Positions 26,101 to 57,881 of a stretch of 64,000 bases of DNA are shown piece by piece. Under the pieces are notes generated by a model. It was not told the DNA's origin. It worked only from the letters and a program-made list of their open reading frames with translations, and ran no database searches. The DNA is taken from NCBI GenBank assembly GCA_043228905.1, contig JBHGNT010000017.1, positions 17,360,001 through 17,424,000 of the forward strand. Reading direction: 5' to 3'. This stretch comes from Azolla caroliniana (taxonomy: Eukaryota > Plantae > Polypodiophyta). Position 1 is the stretch's first letter. Each line of letters opens with the position of its first letter. Both the position numbers and the translations under genes were made by a program.

Positions 26101-28109
26101 AGAGAGAAAAGATTTAGCTAAAATCTTGAGCCTATGTGCTTGGTACAAGATTTATGGTGTAGTGAGTGTGTGTTTGTGTCTTAAGATATTTATGCTTAGA
26201 TCTTGAAGTTCAAGAAGAAGAAAATCTCTAGTTTAAATCCCTCTAGAAAGCATTGTAACCTTGTAATATAGTGGTGGTGTGTGACAATTTGACAATTGAA
26301 TTAAGCATCACATTCAACAATACAACATAAACAATTGCCACCACCTCCATACTCACCCTTCGCTCTTCAAGATTCTCTTAATAATCACTACCATGATTCC
26401 CATTTTGTGATGATTCGTTGTCTCTTTGCCATCGGTTCTTCACCACATTCCCATCTCAAGGTGATCATTTGCAACCAATCATTGTGTGCATGGGTGGAAC
26501 CACCAAGGTTTTTGACCAAGAGATTGATGGAAGATGATATTTATAAGTGGGATGGTAAGAATTGAACAAGAAATTTGAATTAAGATAGATTTTTATGACA
26601 AGAAATGGGCAAGCAATCATTTTTGGCATCATGAAGAGGTATCTATGCATTGGTCTTGCACATCTTAGCAAGCACTACATTTAGAAAACTCTGCTCAAAG
26701 CAATGAAATGATGGCCGACACATATATGATGCTCGAATGACCACAACCAACAAAGAGACTCCACACACACATTTTATTAGGGGATATTTGACATGCTAAA
26801 AAAATCCATCCGCACAACCCAATGCATTATGAACCTCTAGAAAGGTCATACATCTCATGAAAGGCTCGAGGTCTCCAAAGTACATTCGCACACATTCTAC
26901 ATTAGCTAGTAACTCACACCCAACTAGTAATAGAGCTTAATGAGACAACTAAATCATTGGTAAGTCATTGACAACCCAATGACAACAAGAAACCTCAAAA
27001 TGCACAAATGGGAATCACGTTTTACTAAGGTTAAGCACCAAATTAAGTAGCATATGCTATAGTCAAGTAACCAACAATCACTTTTCAGAGCCAAAATGGT
27101 AACCTTATTTAAATAGTGCTTATTCCCTATTTTAAAACTCTTCTTTCATATAGAACTCTGCTCAAAGCAATGAAATGATGACCGACACATATATGAAAAA
27201 TAGGGAATAAACACATAAATGATGATCGACCCCAAAATGGTACCCTTATTTAAGGGGTGTTTATTCCCTATTTAATACTTACTTCTCTAACTAAAAGACT
27301 ATCTATGTGCTCTTAGTTGCGTACACTTGTAGCATGAGTTCATCAAAATAGTTCCAACTCACATATGTTTGTCTATGACCCACACATACACTTACTAACA
27401 AAAGGTCTACTCCAATTTCCACATGTTTCAATTTCTATAGCTTACCCACCCCTGAGAATATTGCCTTCAGATAGAGTGAGGGTGGAATTGAGTCCCCATG
27501 ATCTTACTAAAGGATGTATACCTCCTATCATCTCATAAATAGAGAAATGAATGGTTCCTTTTATTGTACAACAATTACCTAGAAATGGGCATCACATCAT
27601 GTTATTTTCTACCATTTACAGTGACAAAGTCAATGCTTTGTCAACGACAACTCTCATGAAGTAAAGACCCCCCTCACAGATCTCCTTGGAGAGCATTCCC
27701 CCTTGTGTTGCCTAGTTTTTCTTTATCCCAGAAATAGGAACAAGTGTTGTACAATTGCGCGAGTGAATCTTTAAAAGTGTGAGCAGTATTGTCGTGTCAA
27801 AACATAAATGAGAGTTGGAACAAAAGATTCCAATTGTTTGATCATCTAGCATAACATTCGTTTTCCCTACGTTGGAAAACGAACGTGAATGTTATTTAAA
27901 CATTCTTGTGTTTATTTTTTTGTTTTTTTCCCATTTTTTTAATGTTTTAAAAAAAATAAATCCATTTTTAGGCTTATTTACCTCATAATAAATAGTTAAT
28001 CTAAAAGTATGGTATTTATCATTCTTTGATGGTGTTTTGCTTACGCAAATGCGAATGCATGTATGGTATGTATGGTTCATACTATGCAACTTTGATGCAT
28101 CAACAAACG

Positions 28110-28325
28110 ATCAAAAGTAATTATACACCAAATCTACAAACCCTATTTACCAAAGATGGAAGAAATGGACCCGAACTAGCCCTATTTACCAAACATTTGA
28201 GTGTATAATTACTTTATAAAGTGTAATTTTTTGGACATAGGGGTAGTTTGGTAAATTTGGAATTTCTAGGGGCATTCTGGTAAATAGACGAACTTCCAGG
28301 GGTATCCTGGTACTTTTCCCTAATT
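28110..28325. mobile_element. Mutator-like MITE/TIR remnant
   Basis: Inverted pairs gtaattatacac/gtgtataattac and tttaccaaa/tttggtaaa, internal repeats of ccctatttaccaaa, and a terminus ...ggtacttttccctaattt resembling the MITE at 8.25-8.44 kb. Confidence 0.45.
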
Positions 28326-29914
28326 TCTATGTGTTGATGTAACTTATTAGAAGGTCATTACTAAAGTTTCAGGCTAATACATGACCAAATGTTTGATGAC
28401 GGAAATTCCAAGAGCACATGATTAAACGTCTCATTATTAATTTTCTAGTAATTGATACGACAAGAGCTTGTCAGGTTATGTGCATATTTCTCAAGATAGT
28501 TTCGTCATATTTGATCTTTGAGATTGACCTTCAGTTGACCCCCTTGGATTAACCTTGTTTATCATAATTAATGATATACATTAAGTAAATGTAATGGAAT
28601 GTTTTAAAATTCCTAACGCAGTGGACTTACAATGCAAATGCATACAATGGAACAATTTGATTGCTATGATGTATACTAAATCATAATGTTACGATTTCAG
28701 AAACCCATTCTTTTGAATCCTAGTTATCCATTGTTTGTGTCTCGCACATTCTAATTCCCATATTTTTGCAATTTTCTTCCTGGAAAGTTTTAGATTGTCA
28801 TGTTTTTTTTTGTCTTACGTACTAATTAGCAACTTACAAATATATTCCCAAATAAGAGTCATGAGATCACGTCGCACAGTGCATGTGATGACTGGTGGCA
28901 AAGCTTTGATTTCAAATAAACTTCTGAATTAAATCAAATGAAAAAAATCCACCAAGATAAAAAGCCATAGTTTCTACTCTTCATCCATGACCCATGACCC
29001 ATCTATGCCAAGCACAATTTACATGCTTGCATGCAAGTTATATAACAGCACAATTTCAAACCCAGAACTGTTGAAGAATGAAAACATTTCATGGAAAGGA
29101 TGATTATTGATAATGACAAACAGAGCATACCATCAATGTATGTGTATATATTTACACATAAGGCCGAGACACAATTCTGTATCACAATGCATTAGAAATC
29201 TTTAACATGAGATGGATATGTCATCAAATGGTGCACGCTGCAACTCAAGTTTAATCTTGTAAAATTTTAACTGAACGAGGAAAGGACAAGTTCAGAGGCA
29301 ATGTTCCTTAATAACGAATGGACGAGCTCTTTCATTTCATTTAGTTGGTCTTTTGTGTAACAAAGGTAATATTGACATCTATTAGAGATTGTAAACATAT
29401 ATAACTTTTCCGCGTTTAGGATTTCATTTCCTGACATCAAAAGAATATTAACAGTGGCCCAAACAAAAATCTTAGGAGTTTTGATGAAAGTGTATTCGCA
29501 CATAAGCTGGCTATTCACTGTATATATATAGAGTTTAGTTCCAAATGTATCGATATACATATTACAGTACTCCAGAGAAGAGGATTGATCTGTGTATGCA
29601 CAATCCACCCTTCCCTAGAGAACTCTAGTGTACAAGATTCTCTTAATATCATGACTGCTTATATCTTGCAACAAAAAGAAGTATGTTCTCGGTATTCATT
29701 AGCCTTCCATGAGACGTGATGCTAGCCAGCAAAAGAAGAGACTCGGTCATTCTAGCGTGATGCCGTAATCTCTTTCATGAATTTGTTATAAGAAATGGCT
29801 TGGCTAACAGATCAGTATCACTTTGTCATAGATGAGAAAAACGTTCTTAGATTGTTGCCAGCCTCTCGTTGTATTGGATGAAAGTGTTCATTGTATTTCA
29901 GACAAAAAAATCGC

Positions 29915-47499
<17,585 letters not shown>

Positions 47500-48381
47500 C
47501 CTTGCAGAGAAGGAAAGCTCCTCACCTGAAATCATGGTGAGTTTTGCTTTTTCACTGCCCAATAACTGTTTATATATCGCTGTGAATCTGTAGAATCAGC
47601 TTTTTCCCAGAGAGACGCTCTATTTCAAACCATATAGACAATGAAGTACCAACTTGTTTTTGTGTCTTTAATACCTCCCTAAACTTTTTTATCAATTCGC
47701 AAAATCTGTTTGAATAATACTAGGGAGCTGCAAAATCAGCTTTCCAGAAATACTCTTTTCCTAACCATATGAATAAATGTGCTTTTGAACTGTAAATATC
47801 AGTTCCGGATCGCCTTATACATGTATATATATCACTGCAAAGCTGACACAGCAGCTCTAACTCTGTACTCTGCGTCAAGACCCATATAGACAATAAGAAA
47901 TCCACTTGTTTTTGGGCAGTAAAACATCGCCTACAGAAATGCTTCCATGTGTGTATCTGTATATTCGCATATGTAGCACAGTAAAACACTCTTTGGAGAT
48001 GCTCTGCTTCAAAACCCACATGGCCAATGAGAGGCCCACTTTGTCTTAATGAATGAAATAGTTCACTGTATATAGGTAACTGAAAAAAAAACAGATTTCA
48101 AGAGATACTCTGTTGCAGGCCCACACAGGTAATAAGAAGCCCGCCACTTTTTTTAGTCATCTTGATCTCTCCAAGCCTTGGCTTGATGCAAAAGCTCTGC
48201 ACACGGCAACCATCGAGTGGCTGGCTGGTTTTGGAGAATTCATGAGACGTCTGTCGATATTAGAATACTGCAAATTCCTTCTTGCTATAGGGTAGATGGC
48301 GACGCTCTAGAACGCTCTTTGTATAGAGGCACGGAGATGTATTGTATGGAGAACAGATCTATCATCTGAGAATAGAGAGGC

Positions 48382-48785
48382 CCTACAGATTTAGTGAAAG
48401 AATGCTCCATATCCATCCATGCTATGCTGCCTTGGCTGCAAGAATGGCTATCTATATATAAGCCTACTGATTTAGAGAAAGAGCTCCATGTACATCCATA
48501 CTGTGCTGCCTTGGCTGCAAAAATGGCTACATAAGCCTACAGATTTTGTGAAAGGGCTCCATATCCATCCATACTGTGCTGCCTTGGCTGCAAAAATGGC
48601 TACATAAGCCTACAGATTTTGTGAAAGGGCTCCATATCCATCCATACTGTGCTGCCTTGGCTGCAAAAATGGCTACATAAGCCTACAGATTTAGTGAAAG
48701 GGCTCTATATCCATCCATGCTATACATACTACCCTGGCTGCAATAATGGCAGCCTATACACATAAGCCTGCAAGATTTAGTGAAA
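48382..48785. repeat. ~73-bp minisatellite (~5 copies) upstream of the GDH-like CDS
   Basis: cctacagattt(t/a)gtgaaagggctccatatccatccatactgtgctgccttggctgcaaaaatggctacataag starts at 48382, 48463, 48536, 48609 and 48682. Confidence 0.9.
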
Positions 48786-48814
48786 TACATACCTCCAAGT
48801 ATGGTTATAAACTT

Positions 48815-48879
48815 ATATGTATATGTATATGTATATGTATATCATTATATGTATGTGTATATGTATATCAATATCAATA

Positions 48880-48946
<67 letters not shown>

Positions 48947-49027
48947 GTATGTGTATGGGTATGCGTATGCGTATGCGTATGCGTATGTGTATGTATAACA
49001 ATATATGTGTATGTGTATGTGTATGTG

Positions 49028-49116
<89 letters not shown>
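48815..49116. repeat. Compound hexanucleotide microsatellite (ATATGT/GTATGT/GCGTAT)n
   Basis: Read directly from the sequence. Confidence 0.97.
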
Positions 49117-51415
49117 TTAGATTGAGAGTTCGGAGAAAGGAGTATTGTTGTGTATACTATATGTTGCTTCAGTGGAAATGGGTATGTACACAATCAACTC
49201 CTTGACCCCCCTTTTTAGGGATTCCATCGCTCGAGAAGCTCCTCGGAGAGTGTGTGTGTGTATGTGTATGTGTATATGCATGTGTATATGTATATATGTA
49301 CATATATGTCACGATTTGGGTGCTCCTTGAGATTCTCGATCAAATTTGTCGATGCTTTTATCTAGTGCAACCCAAACATTCGAGAACCTCGTGGATGGTA
49401 TTAGTTTAGCGATGTGGATATGGCCTTGACAAGGGACCCATCTCTCTCGGTGTTTTTACTTTCAATGAATGGGTAAATATCCCATTTTGTTGTAAACCAA
49501 TTGTCTCATGGGCCAATTTTGGCCTTACAAGACCTTAATATATCTTTCTTTCTTCTTTCTCGACAAACACGCATGTGGACATACCACCCATCAACACCAC
49601 CTTCATCAAATCATATAAACATGCATGGCACATTGTGCTCGTATACTCATCTCATGTAAAAGCATCATGGAAACCCAACTCTAACTATCCCTTCATTCCA
49701 TTCATCTACTTCTCACGTGCCTTTTTCTCCCATTTTGGTCAATCAATAGGTTTGACTTAACAATGTGAGTTCTCCGATAAATCCGACGAAGTTCTAGTCA
49801 TGGCATTACTTGCATATGGAGTGGTTGCGCATTCATGAAAGAGACATACTGAGAGAAAATTAATAATGTTTACAAATCATTTGAGATTATAAGGAACAAA
49901 ACTTTAATTGATCATTGATAAAACATTATTACGAACAATAAATCAAATAGTTGACAAAGACCAATGGCATTAATATTCAATTTATTAAAAAAGAGGAAAC
50001 CCAAATTCAATTTTTTAATAAGAAAAACAAGTATCCTACACATTTGTAATCCAATTCTTTAATGTTCTCTTTAGTGACTAATATGTGTTAGATGCTTGCT
50101 TGACCTAAAAATTGGCCTATGGTAATGAGATTAGTCACAAGGTTGGTAAGAATCTAGAACTAATTTGTCACTACCATAGTATTGGAAGTTATCATATCTC
50201 AAGTCAACACAACCATGCATTGTAAACATGTAGGAGATATCAATAGAAAATCTACCCTTACTCTCTCTTGTCGGGTATATGTCACTGAAAATAGAATTGG
50301 TCACTCATAGGATCGATTTTCATAATTATTAAGGCGATTTTACCTTGTCCATGCATTTTATTTTAAATAATATTTGAGTATTGGAGCATACAATGTCCAT
50401 TTGTTTTTACCAATGGGATGTAGATAGATTTAAAGATGCCAAGTATACACGTAACACCATTATTAAGCAAACCAACAAATTGATGCAACGTAACTCACAA
50501 ATAACAGTTGGATGATGTTTAAGTTTTAATCTTTAAAAAAAGTGAAATCTAATTTTATGATGAGCATGAAATACAGAAGACATTTCGAAAATTCTATTGA
50601 CTTTCTAGATTGTTGTAGCCTCTTTTGATCATTCATATGGCTCCACACAAATCATCATTGCCATTGTTAGTTTGATACACGTACAAGGTTAGTTCTACTT
50701 CTTATCATGTCATTTAATATCGTCATGCATATGGTATTATTTTGTTTCTAATGACCTTGTACCAAACTCTACTCATCAATAATGTGTTGTTTGTCATTGT
50801 TTTCTATCATTATTTAATTGGGTTTTTTGCCAAGTAACAATATTGACCCATCCTTAATATTCATAGATATATATAATAACTATTTATGTAAAAAATATGA
50901 TTATGGTTAGAATACCATAATGGCCATACTCATTATTGTTTATATATGTATCCCTAATTTTCCTCGTGTTCGTAAATGTATTGCTCTTCCATTATATGCA
51001 TTTAAGTCAATCAACACGCTATGCTTTCATTTTTCATCTGTTTTTTACATTGATTCTCTTCATAGAGCACAATCTTCACAATGAGATGGCATCTAAAGAT
51101 CATCTTAACATACATAACTTATAGTTATGACTTTGAGGAGCTTAAGGATGTTTTTTTCACAACTCAATGTCTCAGCCTTCAGGTTTACTTATAATTTGAA
51201 TTTCTCTACATAAATTCACGTTTCAAAAATAAATGATCACATGTCAAATGTGTACAAGGAGCTCTTCTAGTGCTAAACAATCAATACAACTTTTGTGTTA
51301 TCTATGCAATATTATATTATCCTCAATATGAACGTTGACTTATTTATATTTTGTATTACATGCAACAAACCATCAACATTGCATGGACAGAAGGTACTTT
51401 ACCATTACATTTATA

Positions 51416-52679
51416 CAGTAGACATTCGGTTAAGTGCGCACTTTGATCTTAGGGAATATGTGCGCACTTAACTGAGCTGCGCACTTAGGGCTGAATATGA
51501 AAATTTTGTTGATACAACAAGCATTTGCTACACCAGTTAGCCTCATTACCTTATCTTTCTTAACCGGAAGGGTTAGGTGAATGATAAAATAGTAGATGGC
51601 CTGAAAGGAGATGTTCCTCCACGTGAAATTAGAGGTGATCAAAAAATTAGGGGCTCTTTCCACCCTATAAAGGGCATGTTTAACGAATTATTGGTGGTCT
51701 GCTCTACAACAGATTATCATTGGGCTCATTCCACCTGTTTGGGGGTATGTTTAGCAAAATCAATGGCATGATCTGTTGTGGATTATCAGTGGGCTCTTTG
51801 GGGCATGTTCAGTAGATTATCAGCAGCCTCCTCTATATCGGATTATAGGTGGGCTCCTTCTGCGCAATTGAAGGCATGTTCAACAAATTATCAATTGGCT
51901 TATCTCTAGCGCTTCCAACATGTCCATGATTGAATGCACCCATTGTAGTTACACGTTAGTTTAATGACATATTCCCTGATGATCCTGTTGCCACAAAAAA
52001 TTTACGAAGATTGCCACCAAATTCCTCCACCGATGCCCTTGGGTTTTGTTTACTCACCATAAGTCACATAAGTACCTAGAAAAAATCCAAATAGAAGAAA
52101 CCCTAACCCTAAATGTTGGGTGAAAAGCATGACAAGGGACTCATGAAATTCTCTTGACTTAGAGTGAGCCAAGGGAGGGGTATTGTTGTAAATATGAAAA
52201 ATCTGTTTAGTTCTTCCTTATTCCTTTCACGATGCCCCTTGGGTTTTTCGTTTGTTGGCTGCCATTTCCATGGCTAAGATTGCTCTCTCAAACATTTGCT
52301 GAAACTAATCGGGCCTCACTATACCACTTTCACCACTAATGCAAAACTGCCATCCATAATCGCGAAGTCTAGACTCTCCTTTGATGCCCCAACATCCACT
52401 TCTTGAATTGTTGATGCATGATTACCATGACCTATCACGACCACAACCTCACCCATTTCCTTCAATGTCCCCACCATCAATAGCTAATCTAATGGAGACA
52501 ATCTTGCAAAGATAGAGATGCTTTGCAAATGCATTTTTCTTTCCAAATTCGAATATAATAGAATGTAATTTTGTGAAGAAACAATGTAATTTTTTTGAAC
52601 TAGATTTTGGCCTCCCAAAAAAGCGCACTTAATAGAATGGCACAATTAAATGGACACGCACTTAACCGAATGTCTACTG
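51416..52679. mobile_element. Non-autonomous Tc1/mariner (pogo-like) DNA transposon, 1264 bp
   Basis: Perfect 23-bp TIR CAGTAGACATTCGGTTAAGTGCG / CGCACTTAACCGAATGTCTACTG, flanked by TA on both sides. Subterminal GCGCACTTA repeats and an internal degenerate tandem repeat at ~51640-51900. No transposase ORF. Confidence 0.88.
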
Positions 52680-53049
52680 TATAATGTGTGTGTGTGATTG
52701 AGTGCATATGTACATACATATGTATGCATGTAAACCATGGTGTTATTGATATATGTTGGCATGCTAAAAAGCACAAATAGAGTTCGGGCAACCCTTGGTT
52801 GAAAGTATATCCTTTATGTTTGAAACAAAGGAGCCATATATTTGTGACTTGTGATTATATATGTAAGAATAATTATAAATGTAGTTATATGTATCATACT
52901 ATGTAAACTACACTTGTATATAACAAATGAGGGGGGGTATGTTTCGTAGATTGTATTTGTATACATTACATGAGGTGGGACTTATTTGGTAAATGTAATT
53001 GTGTATGTTAGTTGGTTGCCTTACGGGCTTTTGTAACCAAAATGTTTAG

Positions 53050-53052
<3 letters not shown>

Positions 53053-53103
<51 letters not shown>
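53053..53103. repeat. (GA)n microsatellite
   Basis: About 25 GA units. Confidence 0.95.
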
Positions 53104-53105
<2 letters not shown>

Positions 53106-54536
53106 ATATAAGTTGTGTGTGCATGGGGCAATTGCCATTTCAATATTAGTCGTCTCTAGGATATAGAAATATACCTCGATGTTCATAACCAGAGACAGAG
53201 AGAGGGTGTATGTGTATAACATAAGTTGTACATGGAACAAATTGGCATTTCAATATTAGTTGTTCCCCAAGATATAGAAATACATGCACCTTGGTGTACA
53301 TGGGTTGTTGTCGGGGGACGCTTGATAAATGCACAATCTACTTGGTGGTGTCGTTGGATAAATGCTCAAAACTATCAGTAGAGCATTTCATGTGCTCCTA
53401 GGAAAAGTGTCAATATTGAATATGGCTATGCACAGTGGAGTCAAACATGTGTAGGTGACCTAGGTCTAGTTGGTGGTCGTGCCAAATAAAAATGTTAGAA
53501 GCACTAAAAAGGGAGAGAAACTGGTGGGATTGGTCGAGCCATCAACACAAGAGGCTTAGGTTGCCAAACTGCCCTTCATTAATCCTTTCTAATTCCCCCT
53601 TAAATAACCACTTGTACCTTAGTTCTTACAATATTGATGTTGATTTGATTAAATCTATGTTTTTTTTATTACAAATTTGCGTTAAATCATGGGAAAATAT
53701 TAATATCTGTTTTAGGGTTTAAAGAATCACAATGTAGTGCTCCATCGACTCAATCTCATTTTTTGGACGTAGACCACTGTTTAACACGATCATTTCTAAG
53801 GAGGTTTGTGCAAACATCTGTATATCTACCACAAGGAGGCTTGCTATTATGAAAACCACCTGATGATGATGATGATGATGATCATCATCATCGCCAACTT
53901 ACCATTGGCACCCCTGCCACCAGCTTCACATTACAAGATTCCTCAAAGTGATGCCCGAACCCAAACTATCAAAGTTACGAAAGAAGAGAGCTAACAAGGA
54001 AAGTACTAAATGATACTTTTTTCCTATATCTATTGCTTGTTTCTATTTCTATTCATCATCATGGTCTCTTTGTTCACCATCATCATCATCTCAACCTTTA
54101 TTTATTTTTATCATCATCACCATAATCGTAACCCCTAATTCTTTATTGTTCTCGTCACCTTCTCCACATTCATTGTCTTCTATCATCCTCTACATCTCGG
54201 TCTTTTGTGTGTCTTCTGATCCTCAACGTCTCGATCTCTCTCAATTTCTTCTCCTTTTCATCTCTTTTTTTTTATCTTTTCAATTAAGAAAAAGGAACAC
54301 ACATCTTTCCCTTTTCCAAACGTGTTCGTTTCCAAACATTTTCGGACATTCGGATGCTTGCACGAACACGTTTATTACGTTCTATGTAATATCTATATCT
54401 ATATCTATATATCTATCTCTATCTCTATCTCTATATCTCTCCATATGTATACATGATATCTATATATCTCTCTATATATCTATAAGACTATACATATCTA
54501 TATGTCTCATATTAATGAAGCCTTTCATTGGTTTTA

Positions 54537-54620
54537 GGCCATTTTTGTGAATAACCTTATATATTTCTCGGCCATTTTTGTGAATAACCTTATATATTTC
54601 TCGGCCATTTTTGTGAATAA
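54537..54620. repeat. 33-bp tandem repeat (~2.5 copies) upstream of the HMG gene
   Basis: ggccatttttgtgaataaccttatatatttctc is repeated. Confidence 0.85.
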
Positions 54621-55553
54621 ATTCGAGCATGTTTGATCCAACTGCTGGCTGGCGAAAGGGTGCAGAGGGTGCAGGGGAGGGGACATCATCGGTTAATTCC
54701 AGAGGAAAGAATGAAGAACTTGTCTGCATTCATTTGCTTGCTCAACCAATCCATGAAGGAGTAGATTTCCTGTACCCTCAACCTCACCTTTTCTCCTTTC
54801 TGATCAACCAGAACCCAACAAAGAAACCCTCCCCCTTAAAAAAGTATTACCTTTTTTGAGGATGAACAGAGCATTGGCTGTTTATCCAACTCCCAGTCCT
54901 GAAATTGCACCTAACAGGTACAGAGAGAGATGGATATGTTTTCTTTTTTCTTTGATGCAATTTTTTTTTTTTTTTTTTGTATTATTTTATGATGTGGGCT
55001 TTCTCTATTCTAGTTTTAGTTTTTAGGCTTTCTCTATTGTAGTTCTAGTTTTAGGAGAGATATGGAAGAATGTGTTTGTAGCCTAGATATGAGATGAGAT
55101 GTGATGAAATGCAATGCGGTGAAGTGGAATTGGAATAAAATGTATTACGGTCATTTAACATCTGCCAGAGGACAAATCACCTTTCAGATCAAATTCCACA
55201 AACATCATTTGTTTTATGTTACAAATGTGTGTTTGAGAGAGAGAGAGAGAGAGATGAGTAAACGAACGAGAATGGAAATAGATAAACAATTTTCAGATAG
55301 TGGTACAACATATCCAATCCCAGTGGTGCATCATTTGTGCTGATGTGGTTTCCCTGATGTTTGAAAGTGATCTCATGAAAAACTGTATCTAAATGTTGTA
55401 AAATACAACTTATTTTTTTTTACGTGAACAAAGAAGGGAGAGAGGAAGTCTTGAAACTTAACCATTGTTTTGGAAAGAAAAGGTAGATTATTCTCTCATG
55501 CTGTGCTTTTTGTTGGGTGTTTTTGTTTTGACTCCTTTCCTGTAAAACCAGCG

Positions 55554-57881
55554 ATGGCTGAAGGTACAATCATTGTCACCACATTTGATATCAAAGGAAA
55601 AGTATCCCTTCAATGGGACAGTGGAACAGGGGAACTCTTGTCTATGAAAATGATCGGTACATGCGCAGAAGAGCATGATAGAAATGTGATATCTAGTACC
55701 AATTCCTTTGTAACATTAAACCCATCCATGGTTGACAATACGGAGAGCACTAGTGGTTCCTCTTTTCCTCATTCATCACATCAGCTCAATCAGGCATCCC
55801 TTCAATTTCAAGAGAGCATCAATTTCTTGGATCATGGGTGGTCATCTTGTAAGAGTTCTGATACCACTGGTGTATCCGGATGTGGACCAAACCAAGAGAA
55901 TTGGGATATTACATCGCAACCCTGTTCCAAGAAAAGGAATGTTATATTCTTCAATGAGCCCCAGAAGGAAACAACTCATGGCCTCACTACTTCGACTTCT
56001 TCGTTTGAGAAGAAAAGCTGTTTACCTTCTTGGGGAATGCCCTATGGGTCTACAAGTCATAGAGAAGAGATTAAGAAAGATTCCCTTGTTATTCCAGAAT
56101 CATCCCATGCTTCATTTAATTATGTTCATCATCCTCAAAACACAATGACTTCATTGTCACATCTGGATGCTGCTAATAGCACTAGGCCAGTCTCTTCGAC
56201 CGATGGACGAACTGCTTCCTTCTCATCCACATTGATTTCATCTTGCAAAAATAAGATGAGCGCCATTTCTTCTTCTTTTATGGGAAGTAAAAGAACACTG
56301 CCTGTACTTTCTGGAGAAGCACCTAAAGCTCATTCCTCACAATCACAGGATGCCATAGAAGGTCTGGAGCCTTTTGATCCAAGGTCTACTGATTCAAGAC
56401 AAATAGATGATACAGACACTGAGATGTCTTTAATAACACCATATGCATCAGAGTTTGCCATTGATGGTGCAAAGTCAAATAATGAGACATCTCCTCACGT
56501 ATCCCTCCCTTCACTTGTGACTGACTCTGCTCAGGGGATGAACCTCCTATCTTCCTCTGGCTCATCAGGTGAGACAAACCCTATATGCTCAGTGAAATTG
56601 TACTCCTTGACAACCAAAATAAGGTATCTTCTTCTTCTATTGATGTCAATACAGATTTCTCGTCATGTTCAAAAGTATATTCACGGCTGAGCAAAAAATG
56701 TGGTAAAAGATCGAGGGGAATGGGAATGGATATTAGGACAAGCAATAGTTCAATTCACATAGATTGTGAACACTCACGTGGATCATCATCAATACCAGTA
56801 TGCAATGATTCTCCTATGTCTCCTCTTGCCTTTTGTGATCAAATATTAACTTCTGTGGAAGGGCCATTGACCATCAGTGACCCAGCAACATCAATGCAAC
56901 AAAAATGTGAAAGGGAGAACAAGAAATCAAAGAAAATAGGCTGTTGCTCGTTTTATCCTTTGCCCTCTAGAAGGATAACTAGACAGTATTTACGGGAGAA
57001 TGCGAAAAACTCCAGCAATCCTATTGTTGTTTCAGCTCCGATGAATGTTTACTTGGATGATAAAAACAGAAAGTTCACTCCATCTGCTAAGGAGTTCCAG
57101 AATGCCCAACCTAAATATTTAAAAGGAAAAAAAATCTCAAAGGTTACAGATTCATCCAGGAGGCCTTTGGCAAGCATAATTCCAGGAAAAGACATGGATC
57201 CCAGCACTTCACATCAACCTTCTATTTCACATGTAAAGATCAGATCATGTTCACAGTCTGTCAAGAGAAATTATACTTCTCCACCTAGACAGCAAAGAAG
57301 GTGTATCTATGTAGACATCAAAAGATCCAGGGAAATTTCTGACCCTCCCTGCACCAGTCTGGCTGATGAGGAAAAGCCCAGTTCAAGTAAGGCTCATAGA
57401 ATCCATATTGCAAAGAGACTGTCTTTGCAGAAAAAGGAAAAAGGTCATAGAGATGGTCAGAATAAAATTTGGAAGAATTTTCACTATCCTGCCAGGATTC
57501 TTGGATGTTGTTTACGTCCTAGGAATGCCTTCATTTTCTTTAACATGAACGAACGATCTGAATTTGTTGCATCTCATCCACATCTGAGGTTTGGTGAGAT
57601 AAGCAAGTTACTTGGGCAGTTGTGGTTTGATCTGTCAGATGCAGATAAAGAGGTTGGTCAAGTTACATATCACTCTTTTGTATTGGTTCAAGGATGTACC
57701 AGAATAAAATTTGGCTGTTGTACATATAACCTCATTTATGGTCATAATACAGCCTTACAGGATCCAAGCACAAGAGGATGCCAAGAGATATTACATGGAG
57801 GTCTCAGAAAATCATGGAACCTGGTCGGTGCATGAAATGTGTAGACTGATCCACAAACAGAAAAAACTTGACTTTGTCTAG
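55554..57881 (+). CDS. Long Ser-rich protein (~713 aa) with a single C-terminal HMG box
   Basis: Exons 55554-56568, 56655-57652 and 57753-57881. The 86-nt phase-1 GT-AG intron joins the two long ORFs in frame. The HMG box reads RPRNAFIFF..ERSEF..HPHLRFGEISKLLGQLW.DLSDADKEPYRIQAQEDAKRY. Confidence 0.78.

Noticed and set aside
48746-49205. ORFs of YV/CM/HI/HT dipeptide repeats
   Set aside because: These are translations of a stop-free microsatellite.
55470-57835. Apparent frameshift or pseudogene between the two overlapping long ORFs
   Set aside because: An 86-nt GT-AG intron (56569-56654) joins them in frame.
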